Positions 52,898 through 61,708 of a stretch of 64,000 nt of DNA are shown here, one piece after another. The notes beneath the pieces are model-generated. The model did not search any database and was not told where the DNA came from. It worked only from the letters and a program-made list of their open reading frames with translations. The stretch's first letter is position 1, and every line of letters begins with the position of its first letter. The translations under genes and the position numbers were made by a program. The stretch is from Phormidesmis sp. (GTDB lineage Bacteria; Cyanobacteriota; Cyanobacteriia; Leptolyngbyales; Leptolyngbyaceae). The stretch spans positions 1,504,001 through 1,568,000 of the forward strand of contig CBDFJR010000002.1 of assembly GCA_965248535.1 (NCBI GenBank), in the 5' to 3' direction.

Positions 52898-53074
52898 ATG
52901 GTCTACCCAACCTCTACACCTTCCTTTCCTCCACCTGTGCCAAATCCTGTTCCTGAGCCGATGCCTGATCCCGTTCCCGAACCGATTCCTAGTCCTGTGC
53001 CTGAGACAATTCCCAGCCCGGTGCCTTCTCCCGTTCCTGCCCCTATTCCTCAGACGATTCCAGGCCCTGTTTAA
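52898..53074 (+). CDS. 58-aa proline-rich P-x-P-x repeat peptide
   Basis: [58 protein letters not shown]; varied Pro codons; AGGA upstream. Confidence 0.7.
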   Translation: MVYPTSTPSFPPPVPNPVPEPMPDPVPEPIPSPVPETIPSPVPSPVPAPIPQTIPGPV

Positions 53075-53104
53075 CCGTTTTTTCGCTTACCTTCATAACT
53101 CAAC

Positions 53105-54196
53105 ATGCTAAGAGCCGGGATTGTTGGACTGCCCAACGTTGGAAAATCGACTTTATTTAATGCCCTGGTTGCCAATGCCAAGGCGACCGCTGCCAACTTT
53201 CCCTTTTGCACGATCGAGCCAAATGTGGGCATCGTTTCGGTGCCCGATGAGCGTCTCAAAGCCTTAGCCACGATCTCTAGCTCGATCGACATTTTGCCTG
53301 CGCGGGTCGAGTTTGTCGATATTGCTGGCTTGGTCAAGGGGGCTAGCAAGGGCGAAGGGTTGGGCAACCAGTTTTTAGCCAACATTCGCGAGGTCGATGC
53401 GATCGTGCATGTGGTGCGCTGCTTTGAAGACGATGATATTATTCACGTCTCTGGGGCGGTCGATCCCGTTAGCGATATCGAGGTGATTAATTTAGAACTG
53501 ATCCTGGCTGATCTCGGACAGATTGAAAAGCGCGTCGATCGGGCCCGCAAACAATCCCGCACTAGCAAAGAAGCGCAAGTCGAAGTAGGGGCACTAGAAA
53601 AACTGATCCCGGTGCTAAATGCGGGCCAACCTGCTCGTCAAGTCACGCTGACCGAAGAAGAAGAACTCTTGCTCAAACCTCTGGGGCTGCTGACTCGCAA
53701 GCCGATTATCTATGCTGCAAACGTCGCTGAAGACGATTTGGCGACGGGCAACGCCTTTGTTGAGCAGGTGCGAAAACTGGCCGAGCAGGAAAAAGCCCAG
53801 GTCGTGATCGTTTCGGCCCAGGTCGAAGCGGAGTTGGTCGAGCTTAGTGAAGACGATCGCTTAGATTTTCTAGCCGCTCTCGGCGTTCAAGAAGGCGGCT
53901 TAAAGTCTCTAATTCGCGCCACCTATGAGCTTCTAGGGTTGCGAACCTACTTCACCACGGGCCCCAAAGAAACTCGCGCTTGGACGATCCACGCCGGAAT
54001 GACGGCTCCTCAGGCGGCGGGTGTGATTCACACTGACTTTGAGCGGGGATTCATTCGCGCTGAAACCGTGGCCTATAAAGATCTGACCACCACCGGATCG
54101 ATGGGCGCTGCCAAAGAGAAAGGCTTGGTTCGCAGTGAGGGTAAGGAATATGTGGTTCAGGAAGGCGATGTGATGCTGTTCAGATTCAACGTCTAG
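53105..54196 (+). CDS. ychF: Redox-regulated ATPase YchF
   Basis: [34 protein letters not shown]. Confidence 0.98.
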   Translation: MLRAGIVGLPNVGKSTLFNALVANAKATAANFPFCTIEPNVGIVSVPDERLKALATISSSIDILPARVEFVDIAGLVKGASKGEGLGNQFLANIREVDAIVHVVRCFEDDDIIHVSGAVDPVSDIEVINLELILADLGQIEKRVDRARKQSRTSKEAQVEVGALEKLIPVLNAGQPARQVTLTEEEELLLKPLGLLTRKPIIYAANVAEDDLATGNAFVEQVRKLAEQEKAQVVIVSAQVEAELVELSEDDRLDFLAALGVQEGGLKSLIRATYELLGLRTYFTTGPKETRAWTIHAGMTAPQAAGVIHTDFERGFIRAETVAYKDLTTTGSMGAAKEKGLVRSEGKEYVVQEGDVMLFRFNV

Positions 54197-54576
54197 GTTG
54201 ATAGCTGGGTGAGGCTAGTAATGGCAGAGACCAGGCGATCGCGCTCAAGGGGTCGGGCTAAAAACCTGCGGAAGCCCATTGCGATCGCTTGGTTAAAATC
54301 TAGATCTTTAATCGACCCACTCACTAAAATTGCGGGAGTAAGGCTCCAGCCGTGACTCATCTCTAGGTCTCTCAGCGATCGCATCTGGAGGCAGCGTTCA
54401 TCGTCTAGCACCTCAATGTCACAGATCAAAACGTCGGGCTGGCAGCGCGCAAACGCCTCTAGGCTCTCATTGACAGAACCCGCTACAACAATCTCTACTC
54501 CGTCTGCGTGCAGCATCTGATCGATGCGGGTAGTGATGAGATCGTCTGAGATCACCATCAGGTGTAGCGGGTTCAT
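54193..54576 (-). CDS. Stand-alone response-regulator receiver (atypical)
   Basis: DD, PDVLICD, PAILVS, GFRRFLARP (Arg at the conserved Lys position). Confidence 0.78.
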   Translation of the reverse strand: MNPLHLMVISDDLITTRIDQMLHADGVEIVVAGSVNESLEAFARCQPDVLICDIEVLDDERCLQMRSLRDLEMSHGWSLTPAILVSGSIKDLDFNQAIAMGFRRFLARPLERDRLVSAITSLTQLST

Positions 54577-54639
54577 TGGCAAGTCTCTCGATTTTGTCGG
54601 GCGCGAGAATTGCTGCGTGATCTCAACTAGGCTCTGGGC

Positions 54640-54999
54640 CTAAACTGAGTCTGGGAGAGGCGTTTGACGAATTGAAGGGAGAGGGGCATCATCAGCGATC
54701 GCGTTTCTGACTCTAGCGTGGCTAATCTCTGCTTCTGCCAGGCTAGTGTTGCTCAAGTCGGCATTGAGCAAATTTGCTTTAGTTAAATTGGTTTGCGTTA
54801 AAACCGCCCCGGTTAAAATTGCGTCGCTTAGGTTGGCGTAGCTTAAGTTGGTGCGGGTCAGGTTGGCTTTGGTTAAGTTAGCACCGCTGAGGTTAACGCC
54901 GCTGAGATTGATGTTTCTCAGGTTTGCCGCCATCAAATTTAGGTTTCTGAAGTCTCTCTGCCCTGCCGCATATCGGCTCAAGAACTCTTTCGTATTCAT
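54640..54999 (-). CDS. Pentapeptide-repeat protein
   Basis: RYAAGQRDF followed by ANL/NLS repeats. Confidence 0.92.
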   Translation of the reverse strand: MNTKEFLSRYAAGQRDFRNLNLMAANLRNINLSGVNLSGANLTKANLTRTNLSYANLSDAILTGAVLTQTNLTKANLLNADLSNTSLAEAEISHARVRNAIADDAPLPSIRQTPLPDSV

Positions 55000-55045
55000 G
55001 TTTTTTGAGGAATGTTAGGGACAGCAGATTTCAATCACGTTCTAA

Positions 55046-55077
55046 CAAAAAGGGCAGACATCTTGTTGTCTGCCCTC
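55046..55077 (-). terminator. Intrinsic terminator of rbp
   Basis: AGGGCAGACA-loop-TGTCTGCCCT then TTTT on the minus strand. Confidence 0.8.
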
Positions 55078-55106
55078 AAGAGTTAAGAGCGAACGGCTCT
55101 TGTCAA

Positions 55107-55421
55107 TTAATAACGGCGAGAACCGCGATTTTGATTTGACCAGCCGCCGCCGCCACCGCCACCTGAAGAGCCTCTCTCTTCACGGGGCTTTGCTTTGTTG
55201 ACTTTGAGATCGCGACCCATCCATTCAGCACCATCAAGGGCCTCGATCGCAGCCGTCTCTTCTGCATCGGTTCCCATTTCGACAAAAGCAAACCCGCGTA
55301 AACGACCAGTTTCACGATCGGTTGGCAACTGAACGCGCTTAACGGAGCCATATTCTGCAAATGTCTGCGTTAAGTCATCCTGAGTGACTTCATAAGACAG
55401 GTTGCCCACGTAAATCGACAT
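55107..55421 (-). CDS. rbpA: RRM RNA-binding protein with Gly-rich tail (RbpA type)
   Basis: RNP2 IYVGNL, RNP1 RGFAFVEM, GGGGGG tail. Confidence 0.9.
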   Translation of the reverse strand: MSIYVGNLSYEVTQDDLTQTFAEYGSVKRVQLPTDRETGRLRGFAFVEMGTDAEETAAIEALDGAEWMGRDLKVNKAKPREERGSSGGGGGGGWSNQNRGSRRY

Positions 55422-55427
55422 AAAATA

Positions 55428-55498
55428 TCTCCAGAATCAGAAGTTGTAGAGAGTTAGATTCGGAGAGACGCTTGTGAGAACGAATTACACAGCCGAAA
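55428..55498 (-). promoter_or_regulatory. rbp 5'-UTR regulatory boxes
   Basis: Minus strand: TTCGGCTG (box III-like), TCTCCGAA (box I) complementary to RBS TTCTGGAGA, as known for cyanobacterial cold-induced rbp genes. Confidence 0.7.
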
Positions 55499-55674
55499 AT
55501 AATCTTTGCTAGACTCAGCCTAACACACGACTTGGAGAACGTTCTGATGAATGGAACGTTCCGTAACATTTGCGTGGAGATTATTTTTAATGATTCGCTC
55601 ACGAAAAAGTGGTCTGCGATCAGACGCTTTTCTGACCACAAACCACGCTAGAAAATGATGATTTGGACGAGCGA

Positions 55675-55959
55675 CTAAACGGATGTTGCATTCACGTCAA
55701 CTGTCTCAGAGGCAACGGTTGGGTCTGCTGCAACGTCTTTGTTCTTTTGAGCTTTGACCCGATCGAGCAACATTCCCGACAGTTCTGCTACGAGCAGGGT
55801 GACGACGATGCCATCATCGATTTGCCCAATCAGGGGGATAAAATCAGGCAACAGGTCGATCGGGCTAATTAAGTAAAGCAGAGTGCCGACGATGATCACC
55901 CAGCGATATTTTGAGTTACGAATTAGATTGCGATACCAGTCGTAAAATGGAAGTTTCAT
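55675..55959 (-). CDS. YkvA/DUF1232 family protein
   Basis: LYLISPIDLLPDFIPLIGQIDD. Confidence 0.92.
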   Translation of the reverse strand: MKLPFYDWYRNLIRNSKYRWVIIVGTLLYLISPIDLLPDFIPLIGQIDDGIVVTLLVAELSGMLLDRVKAQKNKDVAADPTVASETVDVNATSV

Positions 55960-56067
55960 AGTGGTTTCCTTGCCTTCAGTTTTAATTGTGTTTGATTATG
56001 CCTTAGATGTCTGGTGTGGAAACCTATCCACAGAAGTGAGGCAGACCGTAAACGGTGAAAATCAGGC

Positions 56068-57255
56068 GTGATTTATTTAAAGTATTTGACGATCGCCCTG
56101 ACTTATTTGGGGTTGGCCCTAGGCTATCTGCCAGGGTTGCGAATGAATCGAGCCACGATCGCGCTGGTAGGTTCGGCGTTTGTGATTGCTTTAGGAATGC
56201 TCAGTCTTAACGACGCGTGGCAAGCGATCGATGCCACCACGATCGTATTCCTGTTCAGCATGATGATTGTGAATGCGAGTCTGTTGTATTCAGGGTTTTT
56301 TCGAGTCGCGTTGAGGATGCTGTTGAGGTTGACTCAAAGCCCGTTTGGGCTGTTGGTGGTGTTGACCTTTGGCAGTGGGGTGTTGTCGGCGATTTTTCTC
56401 AATGACACGATCGCGCTGATCTTTACGCCGCTCGTGTTGAATGTGTCGAAAACGCTGCGTCTCAACCCGATTCCCTATCTGCTGGCGCTGGCGAGTGCGA
56501 CCAATATTGGGTCGGTGGCGACGTTGAGTGGCAATCCCCAAAATATTCTCATCGGTTCATTTTCAGGGATTCATTATTTAGAGTTTGCAACGGCGCTGGC
56601 TCCGATCGCTTTCATCGGATTAGTGATGCAAATTGCATTGCTCTGGCTGCTCTATCCCGCTGTGCGATCAAATATTCCTCAAGAGCGATTTACATTGCCT
56701 GAAAGTCGCGTGTTTAAGCCGCTGTTTGTGAAGACGATCGTGATCACGATCGGGTTATTAACCGCATTCGTTTCAGGGTTGCCCTTAGCTGAATCTGCAT
56801 TCATCGCTGCGAGTCTGCTGCTGATCACGCGACGCATTAAGCCCGATCGCCTCTTGCAAGCCGTTGACTGGAATTTGCTCGTGATGTTTTCGGGATTGTT
56901 TATTCTTACGAAAGCGACTCAGCAGTTAAATTTGCTGGAGCCATTGACGAGAGCGATCGGGTCTTCTGCGGGGCTTCTCAGCGTCACGGCTCTGCTTTCT
57001 AACCTCGTCTCAAATGTGCCTGCGGTGCTGCTGCTCAAGCCGTTGATTGCCCATAGTGACACTCGATCTTGGCTGCTCTTGTCGGCCGGATCGACCCTAG
57101 CCGGAAATCTCACGATCTTTGGTTCCGTCGCCAATTTAATCACTGTTGAAGCGGCCGCCAAGCTGGGATATCGCCTCTCTTTTTGGGAACATTTGCGGTT
57201 CGGCTTGCCGATAACGGGGATGACTTTGGCGATCGCTTACGTCTGGATTCGATAA
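56068..57255 (+). CDS. Anion transporter (ArsB/NhaD, YbiR-like)
   Basis: MNRATIAL, FLNDTIAL, NIGSVATLSGNPQN, SNVPAV, GSVANLI. Confidence 0.9.
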   Translation: MIYLKYLTIALTYLGLALGYLPGLRMNRATIALVGSAFVIALGMLSLNDAWQAIDATTIVFLFSMMIVNASLLYSGFFRVALRMLLRLTQSPFGLLVVLTFGSGVLSAIFLNDTIALIFTPLVLNVSKTLRLNPIPYLLALASATNIGSVATLSGNPQNILIGSFSGIHYLEFATALAPIAFIGLVMQIALLWLLYPAVRSNIPQERFTLPESRVFKPLFVKTIVITIGLLTAFVSGLPLAESAFIAASLLLITRRIKPDRLLQAVDWNLLVMFSGLFILTKATQQLNLLEPLTRAIGSSAGLLSVTALLSNLVSNVPAVLLLKPLIAHSDTRSWLLLSAGSTLAGNLTIFGSVANLITVEAAAKLGYRLSFWEHLRFGLPITGMTLAIAYVWIR

Positions 57256-57316
57256 AAGCTGAACGACTTTGGAATCTTTGTCCCAATTCAGTATCCTAAA
57301 GAGAGCATTTGCAAGT
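57254..57316 (+). repeat. Left copy of a ~60-bp imperfect direct repeat (right copy 60740-60795)
   Basis: AAAAGCTGAAC..TGGAATCTTTGTCCCAATTCAGTATCCTAAAGAGAG....TGCAAGT. Confidence 0.8.
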
Positions 57317-57366
57317 GATGCAGTTCATTTCAGTCCACTGACTAACGATCGCTTTATGAATCAGAC

Positions 57367-57408
57367 TGACCTCTGACCTCGAAAGTTTGACCTCTGACCT
57401 CGAAATTT
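57367..57408 (+). repeat. Two tandem 21-bp repeats
   Basis: TGACCTCTGACCTCGAAAGTT / TGACCTCTGACCTCGAAATTT. Confidence 0.85.
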
Positions 57409-57567
57409 CGACATTTGAGGGGAAGTTGTTGAAGATGAGTTAAGAAAAGCGGGGTTGGCAAAAGCACACGTCATAGTTTAGGCAGCATTATTTGTGTTTG
57501 TAAAATCATGCTCTGGGCTTGTTGACGATCGTACCCCTGTGCTTGCCCCTTGTTTGCCTCTTTAACT

Positions 57568-60456
57568 ATGGTTCGCCCCCAACGTTTGCAGAAACAGCCC
57601 GCTTTTTACCGCTTGGTATTTGTGGTTTGTTTGACGATCGGGCTATTGGTTGCCTCTCCCTGGGTCAGCGCAAAAGAGAGCCAGCAGCCAAAGCCGCAAG
57701 AGTGGCAAATAAACGGTATCTTGGCGGCTTTAGATGATGGTTATCCGGGTGTCAAGCAGGCAGCTTTTGGAAAATTAGCTGAATACGATGCAAAAGATTT
57801 AGCAGCGTTTCCTAAGCAGTCGGAGGAGATGGTAAAGAAAGCGATCGGTCTTGTCAACGACAGCAAGGCAGAGTCTTATCTTCGCATCAACGCGGCTGGG
57901 GCATTGGGAAGGCTAGGCAAAGCCGATGCGAGTGTGGTGAAATCTCTGACCAACTTAGTCAACGATAGCAAGGCAGAGTCTTATCTTCGCATCCATGCGG
58001 CTAGGGCATTGGGAAAGCTAGGCAAAGCCGATGCGAATGTGGTGAAATTCCTGACCAACTTACTCAACGATAGCAAAGCAGACTCCAGTCTTCGCATCAA
58101 CGCGGCTGATGTATTGGGAGCTTCGGGCAAAGCCGATGTGAATGGGGTGAAATTCCTGACCAACTTAGTCAACGACAGCAAGGCAGAGTCTTATCTTCGC
58201 ATCAACGCGGCTGGGGCATTGGGAAGGCTAGGCAAAGCCGATGCGAGTGTGGTGAAATTCCTGACCAACTTAATCAACGATGGCAAAGCAGACTCCAATC
58301 TCCGCATGCAGGCAGCGGAGGCATTGGTAACTTTGAGCAAAGCCGATGTGAATGTGGTGAAATTCCTGACCAACTTAGTCAACGACAGCAAAGCAGACTT
58401 CAGTCTCCGCATCAATGCGGCTTATGCCTTAGGAAAGCTAGGCAAAGCCGATGCGAGTGTGGTGAAATTCCTGACCAACTTAATCAACGACAGCAGGGCA
58501 ACGTCCTATGCCCGCGTCATAGCGGCTGATGCACTGGGAAATCTGGGCAAAGCCGATGCGAGTGTGATGGAGTTTCTGACCAACTTAATCAATGACAGTA
58601 AGGCAGACTTTGATAGCCGCGTCAAAGCGGCTTATGCATTGGGAAATCTCAAACGGCTCAATTTGGCTGAAGTATTTGTTCTCATCAATCTCATCTACGC
58701 TGCTGATTCTAATCATCTTGTTGAGCCGCGTTTCGCTGTCTACTTCTACAGTGGAGGCGACAGCAGCATAAAAACCTTGATCAAGTGGATTGGTCGCCCC
58801 GACTCTAAAAGCATTCCAACTCACCTCACTCACGTCGAAGCCAAAGCAACTTTAGAAGTCTTCAGAGACGTATGGGAACCCAGTAAGAGCTTTAGCAGCA
58901 TTCGTGGTGACTTAGCCAAAGCGATCGCCGATGTCGCCAAAATGGGTAAATGGGAAACTAGTGACATTGCTCTTCTCACCACCCACGCTCAAAACCTTAG
59001 TGCTATCCACTCCAACAGCGCCGATTCTGTTACTAAAGCCATTGAATCTCTCACGGTTTGGCAATGGTTCAACAAAGCCAGAAACGTTATTGCCACGCAT
59101 ATTGCCTTTTGGCTTGCCCTAATCTTCGCCTATCCCAAATTTCCCCAAGTTCAGGCAATCTTCTTCTGGAATCCTTGGGTGCGGCGCATTCTGGGCGTGG
59201 GCTACGTCGGCTTTCTGCTCACCTGGGTTCCCTTCCTGCGCCGCAAACTCTTTGAACCCTTCAAATTTTCATTGCTGGCAGATTCGGGAGTCGATCGCTT
59301 CAACCCCGCCGCCTACTTTCCCCAATCCGACGTGAAAACACTGGATGCAAAAGAAGGGGTTGCGATCTCCACCGCCATTCCTGCGATCAAAAGTCAAATC
59401 GTCCTCGAAGGCGACTCCGGCTTAGGCAAATCGATGTTCTTGCGTCACCTCGTCAAACACTCCCCGCGCACCGTCGTCTTTTTGCCCGCCCGCAAATGTG
59501 AGCAAGGCGTAATCGAAGCCATCCAAACCAAACTGCACGGACAGGCCCAAGATGCCGAATTCCTCAAAAATCTGATTTACAGTGGCGCGATCGACCTCTG
59601 CATCGATGGACTCAACGAAGTCACCGCCGACACCCGCGCCAAAATCACCCAATTTGTCGAAAGCTACTTCAAAGGCAACATCATCATGACCACTCAACCC
59701 CTAGAGTGGCTGCCGCCTTCGACTGCCAAAATCTATCAACTGCAACCGCTCCGCAGCGATCAGATTCAAGACTTCTTGCTGTCGAGAGGCGCGATCGTGG
59801 CTCCTGACTTGGCAGACAAATATACTCACGCCTGCTGCACCTATCTCGCTGAAGTTTTGAACAATCAACAACTGCCCGAAGAACTCGCGGCCATTCAGCG
59901 CACCCTCTCCAACCCGATGGATCTCACCGTCGTCGCGCAAATGATTGCCTTGGGTAAACAGCCCAACCTACTGCGACTGCAAGAGCAGCAATACAACCTG
60001 ATGGCGGCAGAATACCAAAAAGCGTGGAATCAAGACTTCCCCCTCAAAAAATTCTCTGAAGCCGTCTATCAACTCCGCCTCAACGACGAAAAAGCTTTAC
60101 CTGCCACCGAGTTTTATCAAGAACTGGTCAGCATGGAAGACGAAAAATACAAAATGGTCGTCAGTCGCCAATGGAAAGATGGCAAGGGCGAAGCCCAACA
60201 CGAATGGTATTTTCGCCACGACAAAATCATGGAATTCTTCATCGTGCAAACCTTCCTCGGTGACGCACCCCAAGCTCAAAATCGCCTCCTCGATCACATG
60301 GGCGATCCTCGCTTTCGCGGAGTCTATTTCCTGCTCGCCACCCTGCTGCCCTTCAACGATGCCAAAGACCTGCGTGAACGGCTGATCCAATACGCCGCCG
60401 ACACCAAAGATCACACCGTCAGCGACACCTTTGTTCAACTGTTGCGAACCCGATAG
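57568..60456 (+). CDS. Signal peptide + 8 HEAT repeats + TM segments + NACHT/STAND-like P-loop NTPase
   Basis: N-terminal hydrophobic signal (..SPWVSA); 35-aa repeats; hydrophobic HIAFWLALIFAYP and ILGVGYVGFLLTWVPFL; Walker A GDSGLGKS; Walker B LCIDGLNE; WYFRHDKIMEFF. Confidence 0.88.
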   Translation: MVRPQRLQKQPAFYRLVFVVCLTIGLLVASPWVSAKESQQPKPQEWQINGILAALDDGYPGVKQAAFGKLAEYDAKDLAAFPKQSEEMVKKAIGLVNDSKAESYLRINAAGALGRLGKADASVVKSLTNLVNDSKAESYLRIHAARALGKLGKADANVVKFLTNLLNDSKADSSLRINAADVLGASGKADVNGVKFLTNLVNDSKAESYLRINAAGALGRLGKADASVVKFLTNLINDGKADSNLRMQAAEALVTLSKADVNVVKFLTNLVNDSKADFSLRINAAYALGKLGKADASVVKFLTNLINDSRATSYARVIAADALGNLGKADASVMEFLTNLINDSKADFDSRVKAAYALGNLKRLNLAEVFVLINLIYAADSNHLVEPRFAVYFYSGGDSSIKTLIKWIGRPDSKSIPTHLTHVEAKATLEVFRDVWEPSKSFSSIRGDLAKAIADVAKMGKWETSDIALLTTHAQNLSAIHSNSADSVTKAIESLTVWQWFNKARNVIATHIAFWLALIFAYPKFPQVQAIFFWNPWVRRILGVGYVGFLLTWVPFLRRKLFEPFKFSLLADSGVDRFNPAAYFPQSDVKTLDAKEGVAISTAIPAIKSQIVLEGDSGLGKSMFLRHLVKHSPRTVVFLPARKCEQGVIEAIQTKLHGQAQDAEFLKNLIYSGAIDLCIDGLNEVTADTRAKITQFVESYFKGNIIMTTQPLEWLPPSTAKIYQLQPLRSDQIQDFLLSRGAIVAPDLADKYTHACCTYLAEVLNNQQLPEELAAIQRTLSNPMDLTVVAQMIALGKQPNLLRLQEQQYNLMAAEYQKAWNQDFPLKKFSEAVYQLRLNDEKALPATEFYQELVSMEDEKYKMVVSRQWKDGKGEAQHEWYFRHDKIMEFFIVQTFLGDAPQAQNRLLDHMGDPRFRGVYFLLATLLPFNDAKDLRERLIQYAADTKDHTVSDTFVQLLRTR
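57850..58650 (+). repeat. Intragenic 105-bp tandem repeat, ~7.6 units
   Basis: Units start 57850, 57955, 58060, 58165, 58270, 58375, 58480, 58585; shared AAAGCCGATG.GA.TG.G.TG...CTGACCAACTTA. Confidence 0.95.
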
Positions 60457-60474
60457 CTAGAAAACGTCGGGTTT

Positions 60475-60735
60475 CTAAAGATCGTGGATTAGATAATGTC
60501 GGTTACTTGCAGAGATGATGGGCACGGCAATGCTATGCCCTTACGCAGACTAAAGATCGTGGATTAAATCATATCGGTTACTTGCAGAGATAATGGGCAC
60601 GGCAATGCCATGCCCTTACGCAGACTTCTGCTTGGATTTACTAAAGATCGTGGATTAAATCATATCGGTTACTTGCAGAGATAATGGGCACAGCAATGCC
60701 ATGCCCTTACGCAGACTTCTGCTTGATTTGATTTA
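60475..60735 (+). repeat. Three tandem 75-95-bp units, each with a REP-like palindromic core
   Basis: Units start 60475, 60550, 60641: CTAAAGATCGTGGATTA.AT.AT.TCGGTTACTTGCAGAGAT.ATGGGCAC.GCAATGC.ATGCCCTTACGCAGAC. Confidence 0.92.
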
Positions 60736-60739
60736 CGTC

Positions 60740-60795
60740 AAAAGTTGAATGGTGGCATCTTTGCCCTAATTCGGTATCCTGAAGAGAGTGCAAGT
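60740..60795 (+). repeat. Right copy of the ~60-bp direct repeat; likely includes the queD promoter
   Basis: AAAAGTTGAATGGTGGCATCTTTGCCCTAATTCGGTATCCTGAAGAGAGTGCAAGT; -10-like TATCCT ~50 bp before the queD ATG. Confidence 0.75.
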
Positions 60796-60830
60796 TTACG
60801 TAACTTAATACCTGCAATCTTCCCGAATTT

Positions 60831-61700
60831 ATGAAATGTATTATCGATCGCCGGGCCAAATTCTCAGCGAGTCATCGCTATTGGCTCCCCGCCCTCAGCG
60901 AAGCCGAAAACCTGGAGCGGTTTGGTGCCTGCGCCCGTCCGATGGGACATGGACACAACTACGTCCTCTACGTCTCAATGCTGGGTGACTTAGACGACTA
61001 TGGCATGGTGCTTAACCTCTCAGATGTCAAGCACGTTATTAAGAACGAAATCACCAGCCAGCTTGATTTTTCGTTTCTCAACGAGGCGTGGGCAGACTTT
61101 CAGCAGACCCTGCCGACGACCGAAAATATTGCACGGGTGATTTGGCAACGGCTCGAATCTCACTTGCCGATCGTCAACATTCGCCTCTATGAACACCCCG
61201 AACTCTGGGCCGATTATCAAGGAAACCACATGGAAGCTTTTCTCACCGTCAGTACACATTTCAGCGCCGCTCACCGCCTTGCCCGCCCTGATCTCAGCTT
61301 TGAAAAGAACTGTGAAATCTACGGCAAGTGTGCGCGCCCCAATGGTCACGGTCACAACTACCATCTAGAAGTGACGATCAAAGGTGAAATCGATCCGCAA
61401 ACGGGAATGTTAGCGGATCTAGTAGCATTTGAGAACGCGATCGCTGATCACGTCACTGAACCGTTTGATCACACGTTTTTGAATAAAGATATTCCCTATT
61501 TTGAACAAGTTGTGCCCACCGCAGAAAATATTGCCGTGCACATTCGCGATTTGCTAGAGCAACCGATTCACAACATTGGCGCACAGCTTTATAAAGTCAA
61601 ACTGATCGAGAGTCCCAATAACTCTTGCGAAGTTTACGGGGCGGGCGTGTCAGACGCGATCGCCATGATGATGCGCGAACCCAAACTAGCGATCGCCTGA
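60831..61700 (+). CDS. queD: 6-carboxy-tetrahydropterin / 6-pyruvoyl-tetrahydropterin synthase, tandem two-domain
   Basis: Two FSA.HR...C..P.GHGHNY...PT.ENIA domains. Confidence 0.88.
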   Translation: MKCIIDRRAKFSASHRYWLPALSEAENLERFGACARPMGHGHNYVLYVSMLGDLDDYGMVLNLSDVKHVIKNEITSQLDFSFLNEAWADFQQTLPTTENIARVIWQRLESHLPIVNIRLYEHPELWADYQGNHMEAFLTVSTHFSAAHRLARPDLSFEKNCEIYGKCARPNGHGHNYHLEVTIKGEIDPQTGMLADLVAFENAIADHVTEPFDHTFLNKDIPYFEQVVPTAENIAVHIRDLLEQPIHNIGAQLYKVKLIESPNNSCEVYGAGVSDAIAMMMREPKLAIA

Positions 61701-61708
61701 CCCTCTCA

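Noticed and set aside
57850..58650. Diversity-generating retroelement VR/TR
   Set aside because: No reverse transcriptase in the window; differences are not adenine-specific; all repeats are in-frame coding units
60475..60735. Possible CRISPR array
   Set aside because: Sequences between the palindromes are near-identical rather than unique spacers; no cas genes in the window
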